This document shows, piece after piece, positions 17,044-23,626 of a stretch of DNA of 64,000 nucleotides; positions within the stretch are counted from its first letter, which is position 1; each line of letters begins with the position of its first letter. The notes under the pieces are model-generated. The model was not told the origin of the DNA. It did no database searches and was given only the letters and a program-made list of their open reading frames with translations. The position numbers were made by a program, and so were the translations under genes. The DNA is from Acidilobaceae archaeon (GTDB lineage Archaea > Thermoproteota > Thermoprotei_A > Sulfolobales > Acidilobaceae). Location: NCBI GenBank assembly GCA_026413755.1, contig JAOAKH010000007.1:1403-65402 (forward strand). Direction: 5' to 3'.

Positions 17044-20000
17044 ATGAGAAGGGCTCTGGCCATAGCGATGTTAGCCCTACTTCTTGCCCCCCTAGAGGTC
17101 CCCGCAAGCGCCCCCCTCCTCGTGGAGAGCACGCCGGTCCACAGCCTAGAGAGGATGAAGCTGCCGAACAACCTTAGCTACAGCAAGGCAATAGCGGCAG
17201 GCCTCCACGTCGTCTTCGGCTCAGAGGGCCTCGTAGGCAAGGTCGACCTCAGGAAGCAAGCCGTAGAGGGAGTCATGAGGGTGGTGGGCAACGTAACTTC
17301 TCTTAGCGTGGACGCAGTCCCAGCCCAGTGGGTCACGGTGGGAACTGGCAGGGGAGAGGTAGTGGTGGCGACCTTTGAAGAGCTAGCGCAGAGGGCTAAC
17401 TTCTACGTGGCTTCTAGGGGCGCCGTGAGGTCAGTTCACATCTTGAGGGTGGAGGAGGGTGCTAGGCTGGTGGCGCTGGACGATAAGGGCTTCCTCTACG
17501 TGATGAGAGTCCACAGAGGAGGTATCGGGGGCGGTTGGTTTGAGGTAGGGCCTGTGCCCCACTTGGGCGCCCTTGCTGGCATATACGGCATAAGGGTGAC
17601 CCACGTCTACCCTGTGATCAACACGAGGGGCTGGACCTCTTACTACTATGAAGGGGATAAGGTGGTTGCCATAACTGATAGCGCGATACCTGGTAGAAGG
17701 GAAGTAGACCAGTTCCTCGGCGGCATAAGCGCTGAGGTCTACTACGGCAGCCCCGCTGAGCCTGCCGTTACCGGCACCTTCCAGAGCGACGGCGCCCTCG
17801 AGGAGAGGAGGCTCTACTATGCAATAGTGCACAGCTCGTTTATAGTGCCCTACGAAGGCGCAGGGGGGCTCTCAGAGGCCCAGAACTACACGCTCTCCCT
17901 TCACGGCCTCTTCCCGCAGGAGTACAAAGTGCTCTTACTCTACGAGATCAGGCGGACGGGCGGGGAGAGGCTGGCTGAGAGCGCCTGTTACGCAAAGGTG
18001 GTGCCCGCGAAGGTGAAGCCGGGCAGCGTGACCTTCCTAGGGGCCGTGGTGCTGGAGAGGATGGGCTCCAGCCTTTCCGAGTGCCTAGAGAGGGTGAGGG
18101 TAGATGGCAAGCGCTTCTACGAGCTGGCGAGGCCTGTGAGGGTGCAGGCCATGCTGCTGATAGACACTACTAGACTGCCGCTCCTTGCAGAGTTCGATAG
18201 GGACGTGAGGACCCTGCTCATACCCATATCCCGGGAGATGGCCGAAGGCGGCCTATCTGACCTGAGGGCCCACGCGGCAGCAGTGTTCATGAGGCCCGGC
18301 GTAGAGAAGCCGAGGGGCTGGGAGAACATAGATGCCATGCTAGTCGTCGCGGCAGGGGAGTGGCTCTTCATATATTACTTCGACAGGGGGCTAAGGCTTG
18401 CAGAGGTGGGCTACGCGCAGCCCCAGTTCATATACATCGGAGACCCGATCACCTCCCTGGAAGTGGCCCCAAACGCTAAGAGGATATACGTGGGGACTCG
18501 CAGCGGCACCATGTACAGGCTTCTCTGGATCTCAGACTTCTTTTTGCTCCCTCCTCTGGAGAAGAGGTACTTCCTGGACTCCTCGCTCAAGGTAGACACC
18601 ACGCCCATAACGTCGCTGGCAGAGCTCGAGGGAGGGGAGCTCCTCCTGACCACCTCTGAGAGCGGCAGGGTTCAGATGGTGAGGCTCAGGGAGTCTTTGG
18701 AGCCGCTGTGGAGAGGCAGCGAGGGGCTGCTGGGGCTCGAGACGCTCTCCCCTGGCATAGTGGCGGCCTCGAGGGGGGTAAGGGAGATGATCTTGCTTCT
18801 CCCACAGAGCAGTGAGATCTACTGGTTCAAGGCACCTCTCCAGGAGCTCATGACGCTTAGGCTCGACTTGAGGCTAGTAAGCTTCGACGAGGAGGGCTCG
18901 TGGAGCATTGGCGTTCCCCCTGGCGACGTGGAGATAGCTGTGGTTTCTCGCGGGGCGGTGGTAGCTAAGAGCGTGGCAAGGGACGGCAAGGCCGCCCTCT
19001 ATCTCCCGCGCGACTCTTACGACCTTCTCTTCACGTACGAGGGAATGCGCTCTAGGCCCCTGCGCATAAGCGTTTCCCGCAGCGAGGAGGTAAAGGTAGT
19101 CCTCGTCCCGAGAGCGGACGCCCTCATCGCAGAGAGGGGGGAGAACGAGACCCAGGTGAGGAGGATAGTGGAGAGCAACATACCGCGCGTCAACGTGGAG
19201 GCAAGGTTGGTAGACGCGGACGGGAACCCCGTCCTCGAGTCCTTGAGGGCAGTCCTCTATGGGCCTGGCGGTAGGTTCGTAGCTGCGGCTAGAATGGGGG
19301 TCCTGACTTTCCCCCAAGTCCCGGTGGGGCTCTACACCATCAGCATAGAGGAGCCTGGACCAAAGTACGAGCCCTACATATCAGCGCTCAAGGTCACGAT
19401 GAGGGGAGCAGAGCCGCAGCTCCTGGTGCTACAACCGCGCAAGGTGGAGCTCACCGTAAAGGTGATTGACGGCCTCCTGAACACGCCGGTTACGGAGCCC
19501 TTCAGGTTGGCTATAGAGAGGCTAGAGATCGGCTCGCCGGAGCTAGCCTACCCGCGGGAAGTCACTATAAGCAGGGGGAGCGGTAAGCTAGCGTTGCCGC
19601 GGGGCACGTATAGGATAACCGCTATACCTACGAGCGAGCTGTACTTGCCAGCGACCCCCATAGTTTACAGAGCGGAAGAGGAGGGGACGCTAGAGGTCAG
19701 AGTCCTGCCGCGCGAGTTCCCGCTAACGGTGAGGGTGAAGAACAGCTGGGGGGAGCCTGTTAAGGACGCTAGGATAACCCTCGTGAGGCTGGAGGGAGGC
19801 TACGTTAGCGACTTCGTGGCCCACGGGACGGCCCTCACTGAGCTCTTGGCGCCCCACGGCCTTTACGAGCTAGTAGTGAGTGCAAATATGTACAGAGGGG
19901 CCAGCGTTGAGGTGGACATCCCGAACCAACGCGAGGTGGAGGTAATCCTTGAGCCCACGCCCCAGCTCATGATGCTCAGGTATGCGCCCTACGCGGTCGT

Positions 20001-20085
20001 CCTGCTGGCCACGCTTGCCGGGGCTTACGTGCTGAACGCCCTGAGGAAGGCAATAGAGGAGAGGATGAGGCAGGAGTACTTCTGA
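17044..20085 (+). CDS. large secreted, C-terminally membrane-anchored surface protein (beta-rich N-terminal region plus about four Ig-like/carboxypeptidase-regulatory-like repeats)
   Basis: Signal peptide MRRALAIAMLALLLAPLEVPASA. Recurring GT.SG.vyrl-type strand motifs between ~100 and 600 aa. Four ~80-aa repeats of the type VNVEARLVDADGNPV...GLYTISIE. C-terminal TM YAVVLLATLAGAYVLNAL followed by a basic tail. Confidence 0.7.
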   Translation: MRRALAIAMLALLLAPLEVPASAPLLVESTPVHSLERMKLPNNLSYSKAIAAGLHVVFGSEGLVGKVDLRKQAVEGVMRVVGNVTSLSVDAVPAQWVTVGTGRGEVVVATFEELAQRANFYVASRGAVRSVHILRVEEGARLVALDDKGFLYVMRVHRGGIGGGWFEVGPVPHLGALAGIYGIRVTHVYPVINTRGWTSYYYEGDKVVAITDSAIPGRREVDQFLGGISAEVYYGSPAEPAVTGTFQSDGALEERRLYYAIVHSSFIVPYEGAGGLSEAQNYTLSLHGLFPQEYKVLLLYEIRRTGGERLAESACYAKVVPAKVKPGSVTFLGAVVLERMGSSLSECLERVRVDGKRFYELARPVRVQAMLLIDTTRLPLLAEFDRDVRTLLIPISREMAEGGLSDLRAHAAAVFMRPGVEKPRGWENIDAMLVVAAGEWLFIYYFDRGLRLAEVGYAQPQFIYIGDPITSLEVAPNAKRIYVGTRSGTMYRLLWISDFFLLPPLEKRYFLDSSLKVDTTPITSLAELEGGELLLTTSESGRVQMVRLRESLEPLWRGSEGLLGLETLSPGIVAASRGVREMILLLPQSSEIYWFKAPLQELMTLRLDLRLVSFDEEGSWSIGVPPGDVEIAVVSRGAVVAKSVARDGKAALYLPRDSYDLLFTYEGMRSRPLRISVSRSEEVKVVLVPRADALIAERGENETQVRRIVESNIPRVNVEARLVDADGNPVLESLRAVLYGPGGRFVAAARMGVLTFPQVPVGLYTISIEEPGPKYEPYISALKVTMRGAEPQLLVLQPRKVELTVKVIDGLLNTPVTEPFRLAIERLEIGSPELAYPREVTISRGSGKLALPRGTYRITAIPTSELYLPATPIVYRAEEEGTLEVRVLPREFPLTVRVKNSWGEPVKDARITLVRLEGGYVSDFVAHGTALTELLAPHGLYELVVSANMYRGASVEVDIPNQREVEVILEPTPQLMMLRYAPYAVVLLATLAGAYVLNALRKAIEERMRQEYF

Positions 20086-20129
20086 AACCCTTTTTAAGCT
20101 CCCCCCTCCTCGGCTGCAGGGCGCGCAGG

Positions 20130-20303
20130 TTGGTAGGCAGGGAGTCCCTTGAGAGGGCCCTAGAGGAGCTCAGGAGGGCAGCGAGGGAGAGCTACGAGGG
20201 AGGGCGCAGGAGGCTCGCGAGGAGGTACGAGGAGTTCAACAAGAGGCTGGAGGAAAGCTACGAAAACGCCGTGAGGGAGTTCGTGAAAAGGGTCAAGGGC
20301 TAG
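20130..20303 (+). CDS. possible small charged helical protein (57 aa), not in the ORF track
   Basis: TTG 20130 to TAG 20303. Translation (M)VGRESLERALEELRRAARESYEGGRRRLARRYEEFNKRLEESYENAVREFVKRVKG. Its 3' end overlaps the convergent gene by 11 nt. Confidence 0.25.
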   Translation: MVGRESLERALEELRRAARESYEGGRRRLARRYEEFNKRLEESYENAVREFVKRVKG

Positions 20304-20550
20304 GCCTCAAGTACATTATCAGCAAAGCCACTATCATTATAAGCAGCGCTATGACGGCTACAGCTATTGCTGCCGTAGCTGAGGTGCCGAAGATGATGGG
20401 CAGAGGGCCTATTACTAACACCCCTCCTCCCTCCACCTTCCCTCCCCTCTCCAGCGCGGAGAGGAAAGTGCCTATGAAGACCAGCAGCATGCCCAGCACT
20501 ATGAGCACTATCCCTATTATTACCAGGTAGCCCCAGTTCACCATTCTCAC
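20293..20550 (-). CDS. small membrane protein, DUF131/TIGR00304-like
   Basis: LVIIGIVLIVLGMLLVFIGTFL...GGKVEGGGVLVIGPLPIIFGTS pattern. GGAGGTGA lies just upstream. The start is GTG 20550 or ATG 20544. Confidence 0.6.
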   Translation of the reverse strand: MRMVNWGYLVIIGIVLIVLGMLLVFIGTFLSALERGGKVEGGGVLVIGPLPIIFGTSATAAIAVAVIALLIMIVALLIMYLRPSP

Positions 20551-20556
20551 CTCCGC

Positions 20557-20867
20557 GGCGTGCAGCTCCCGCGGCCCCGGGGCAGGAGGCGGACTCGCGC
20601 GGAGCGGTCTGAGCCCGCGCCCCCGCGAACGCGCTGCGCCCGGGGCCAGGTTGCTCCCTTCCGGGCCTAGCCGCTTTCCCCCGGCAAGGGCAGTGAGGGC
20701 CTGCCCTCCGGCAGGCCTCCCGCCGCCGCAGGCCCCGCGGGACGGGCTTCATTGCCTCACTCCGCGCGAGCGCCCCGCCCCCAGTTGCCCGAGGCCGCGA
20801 GTTACTGGCCCCCGCCTGGCGCCCTCGGGGTACGGGGACGGCGACCCCCCGGCCCTCCCTGCACGCC
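20557..20867 (-). ncRNA. signal recognition particle RNA (archaeal 7S/SRP RNA), about 311 nt
   Basis: The minus strand contains the universal helix-8 motif AGGCCCGGAAGGGAGCAAC (compare E. coli 4.5S RNA AGGUCCGGAAGGAAGCAGC). A helix-6-like hairpin GCCUGCC-GGAG-GGCAGGC is present. The 5' GGCGUGCAG pairs perfectly with the 3' CUGCACGCC, and the helix-5 pairing CUCGCGCGGAG/CUCCGCGCGAG is perfect. The GC content is far above the flanks. Confidence 0.9.
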
Positions 20868-20871
20868 AAAT

Positions 20872-21741
20872 ATGTTAGAGAGCACAGAGTTAAATAGGCT
20901 GCCTACTAGGAAAGCGGGAAAAGGAGTGTACCTAGCGCTAGCCCTAGCGCTAGCGATCGCCGGCTCCGTGCTAGTAGACCTCTACCCCGACGGCAGCCTC
21001 ATAGCTACCTACGAGCTCTCCCTCTCCGATTACCCTGTGAGGGTCTCCTTGAAGACGCTCCCCGGAGCATATGCGGTCTTTGCCTACTCTAACGACACGC
21101 CCATGCCCTTCGAATATAACTCTACCTCAGGCCTTGTCGAGTTCCCCGCTACCTCTGAGAGGGCTAAGGTAAGGGTTTACCACATGGCCCTCACGGAGAA
21201 GAGGGGGCTGATGTGGAAGCTCAGCCTACCTGCGCAAGAGTTCCCAACCTCCCTCCTCATGCCAAGAGGGGCCCTCATAGTCTCGCTGGAGCCAAAGGAG
21301 TTCGAGGCCCTTGCCGTGGGGGACAGGCTGCTCCTCAAGTTCCCCGCAGGCAGGCCCATAACCGTTGAGTACGTTGTCCCCCCGCCCTCGCCGCCCTCTC
21401 TCCCTCCCAGCTCCCCATTTCCTCAATTTCCCCCACTCTCTCTCGCCGCAGCGGGCGCGCTGGCGCTCGCGGCTGTGGCAGCGTACGTTTTCTACAGGCG
21501 TAGAGCAGGGAGGGCGCAGGGGGCAGCAGTCCCTGAGGAGCTGGACAGCAGGGACAGGGCAATCCTAGAGGCAGTAGAGAAGGGAGAGCTCTCTGCGCAG
21601 GAGATAATGAGGGAGACTGGGATACCGAAGACCCCTCTCTACAGGCGCTTGGAGAAGCTAGAGAAGATGGGGCTTGTAGAGAGGGTGCAAAAAGGAGGAG
21701 TTACCCTCTACCGTCGGCGCCGATCAGCACCACCTGAATAG
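20872..21741 (+). CDS. bitopic membrane protein with extracytoplasmic domain and C-terminal cytoplasmic winged-helix DNA-binding domain
   Basis: I trimmed the track ORF (20752) to ATG 20872 because the upstream part is antisense to the SRP RNA. TM1 is VYLALALALAIAGSVLV, followed by ~190 aa outside, a Pro-rich stretch, and TM2 LSLAAAGALALAAVAAYVFY. The wHTH region reads DSRDRAILEAVEKGELSAQEIMRETGIPKTPLYRRLEKLEKMGLVERV. GTG 20926 is an alternative start. Confidence 0.65.
   Translation: MLESTELNRLPTRKAGKGVYLALALALAIAGSVLVDLYPDGSLIATYELSLSDYPVRVSLKTLPGAYAVFAYSNDTPMPFEYNSTSGLVEFPATSERAKVRVYHMALTEKRGLMWKLSLPAQEFPTSLLMPRGALIVSLEPKEFEALAVGDRLLLKFPAGRPITVEYVVPPPSPPSLPPSSPFPQFPPLSLAAAGALALAAVAAYVFYRRRAGRAQGAAVPEELDSRDRAILEAVEKGELSAQEIMRETGIPKTPLYRRLEKLEKMGLVERVQKGGVTLYRRRRSAPPE
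20890..20897 (-). promoter_or_regulatory. TATA box for the SRP RNA gene
   Basis: The minus strand reads CTATTTAA and ends about 23 nt upstream of the inferred RNA 5' end at 20867. It lies inside the first codons of the divergent CDS. Confidence 0.45.
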
Positions 21742-22765
21742 TGCCCGATACCGCGGACTCTGCATTCCAAGATATCTGTACGTCCACCGAGTACACGCCG
21801 GGCTCTATGCTCATGGGGGCGTCGTAGCCAGGGATGATCATCATGATCCTTACACAGATAGCAGTCGCGAAGGAGCAGGGCATGTCTATTCTGTAGGTCT
21901 TCCCGTTGTCTCCCTTCAGGTATACCGTTATGCCGCCTATCACCTGCCCTTTCACACTAGCGAACGCCTTGATGACTATGCTCCCGCCGCTCGAGTGCAG
22001 CTTTGCCACGTCCTTGAAGAGCGCAGTGCCATCCATATCGCCTTTTACCGCTAGCTCTACCTGCGGCGGCTCAAGTCTCATGTCCCCCCTCTGCGTTATC
22101 AGCAACTTCAGCGAGACGTTGCCGTCCTTATCTGGCTCTGGCAGGGGCAGAGGAATGGGCTGGGGCTTTATGCAAGCCGTGGGGTCGGGGAGGGGCGAGC
22201 GCTCCGGCTCAGGGCTGATCGGCAAGGTCTCTATCACGCAGGCCCTCCACGCCCTGCTCAGGTTGAAGGCGCTGGCTATCCTCTCCGTGAGCTCCTCTAT
22301 CTTCTCGGAGCTCTCTGCGGCGCCCCTCTGCGTCCTCTTCGCTAGCTCCAGCAAAGCTAGCCTGAGGCTCCAGACCTCCCGAGCCCTAGCTACGAGCTCC
22401 ATCCACTCCTCTGCGGAGAAGCCCTTAGCCTGCGCCGAAGCCTCCTGAGCTAATATTCCAAGCTCCTCCAGCCTCCCCACAACGCTGGAGAGCTCCCTCT
22501 GTAGCTCCTCCTCAAACCCCTCTCCCTCCGCGGCCGGCATAACAGCAGACTCTAGCTTCTCCCTGTGCTCCCCGAGCACCCTTATCTGTGCCAGCACGGC
22601 CTCTCTCAGGTCGCGCGCCCTCTCGATCTCCCTCAGCGCTTCCTCGCCTATCATGCTCCTCAACGCCTCAAGGGAGCTCTTCCAAGCGTTGTGTAGCTCC
22701 TCCTGGCTCGCCGCAGGGAAGGCTAGCAGCAAGAGCGCTGTCAAGAGAGCTAGAGCGCCTCTCAC
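21701..22765 (-). CDS. secreted protein with coiled-coil N-terminal half and beta-rich C-terminal domain, function unknown
   Basis: Signal peptide MRGALALLTALLLLAFPAASQ, an E/L/R-rich helical region, then a beta-strand-like C-terminus. Its 3' end overlaps the convergent gene by 41 nt. Confidence 0.55.
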   Translation of the reverse strand: MRGALALLTALLLLAFPAASQEELHNAWKSSLEALRSMIGEEALREIERARDLREAVLAQIRVLGEHREKLESAVMPAAEGEGFEEELQRELSSVVGRLEELGILAQEASAQAKGFSAEEWMELVARAREVWSLRLALLELAKRTQRGAAESSEKIEELTERIASAFNLSRAWRACVIETLPISPEPERSPLPDPTACIKPQPIPLPLPEPDKDGNVSLKLLITQRGDMRLEPPQVELAVKGDMDGTALFKDVAKLHSSGGSIVIKAFASVKGQVIGGITVYLKGDNGKTYRIDMPCSFATAICVRIMMIIPGYDAPMSIEPGVYSVDVQISWNAESAVSGTIQVVLIGADGRG

Positions 22766-23166
22766 CTACCTCACCGCCCTTAAAGTAGAAAGGGGAGCCG
22801 AATTAGGGAGGGGGCGGGAAAGCGTAGGGAAAGGGCGGGAAAGCCCCGCACGCAGGGAGCTACCCTTTGCTGACAACGAACGCGACCCCAACAGCGCCCC
22901 TCGCGACGGGGCTCTCCGCCTTCCTCAGCATTAGGTTGCCAGGCGCCACTTTCATATCGTAGCTGGGCATGGGCTCGTTTATGGTCTCCGGGAAGCATCT
23001 GCTTGGTCCTCGTGCCGATGGCGGCGAAGGAGCAGAGCGCTCAGGGGAGCACTGCCGCTGCAATCAAGAGGGCTACAAGGCCTCTCGCCCGCCTAGCTGC
23101 TCCGGGCAGCGGGGGCTGGGGGGAAAGGCTTTCACAAAAGAGGGCAGCTTAGGGAGAGCTAAACGT

Positions 23167-23544
23167 TCACTCCTTCTCCTTCGCCCTCTCCTCTGCCAGC
23201 CTCTGCTCGTAGTACCTCTTCATCTCCTCCTCGCTCATCCTAATGTACGGCTCCGCTAGCATCCCCCTCTTGTCCGGGTTCTTGAGGAAGTAGTAAACTG
23301 AGTAGGAGCATATGGGCTCTATCTTGAGCCCCCTTTCCTGCGCTACCTCTAGCGCCTTCTCCACCATCATTTTTGCCACCCCTTTGCCCCTGTGCTGCGG
23401 CGGCGTGTAGGTCTCTATCAGCGCCATCTTGTCGCCCTCTATGCCGTACCTCAGGAAGGCCTTTGAGCCGTCGCTGAACTTAACGAAGAACACAGTGGAC
23501 GTGTACTCCACCTTTAGCTCCTCCATGCCGACCTCCGCGCTCAT
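23167..23544 (-). CDS. GNAT-like acetyltransferase domain protein (YjdJ type)
   Basis: ALIETYTPPQHRGKGVAKMMVEKALEVAQERGLKIEPICSY matches the short GCN5-related acetyltransferase-like fold family. Confidence 0.7.
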   Translation of the reverse strand: MSAEVGMEELKVEYTSTVFFVKFSDGSKAFLRYGIEGDKMALIETYTPPQHRGKGVAKMMVEKALEVAQERGLKIEPICSYSVYYFLKNPDKRGMLAEPYIRMSEEEMKRYYEQRLAEERAKEKE

Positions 23545-23589
23545 ATTTCTCTTGAGGCTAAATGTGCACGGTATAGATCCCCAAGGCCT

Positions 23590-23596
23590 TTATAGC
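23590..23596 (+). promoter_or_regulatory. TATA-like element upstream of the GlmS-like gene
   Basis: TTTATAG ends about 30 nt upstream of GTG 23627. Confidence 0.35.
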
Positions 23597-23626
23597 TCCT
23601 CGCCCCGCAAGACCCCGGGAGGCCCT

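Noticed and set aside
20300-20878. Track ORFs 20300-20869 (-, 189 aa) and 20651-20878 (+, 75 aa), and the first 40 codons of ORF 20752-21741.
   Set aside because: They cover the SRP RNA gene. Their Arg/Pro/Gly/Ala-rich translations are typical of random frames through very GC-rich structured RNA.
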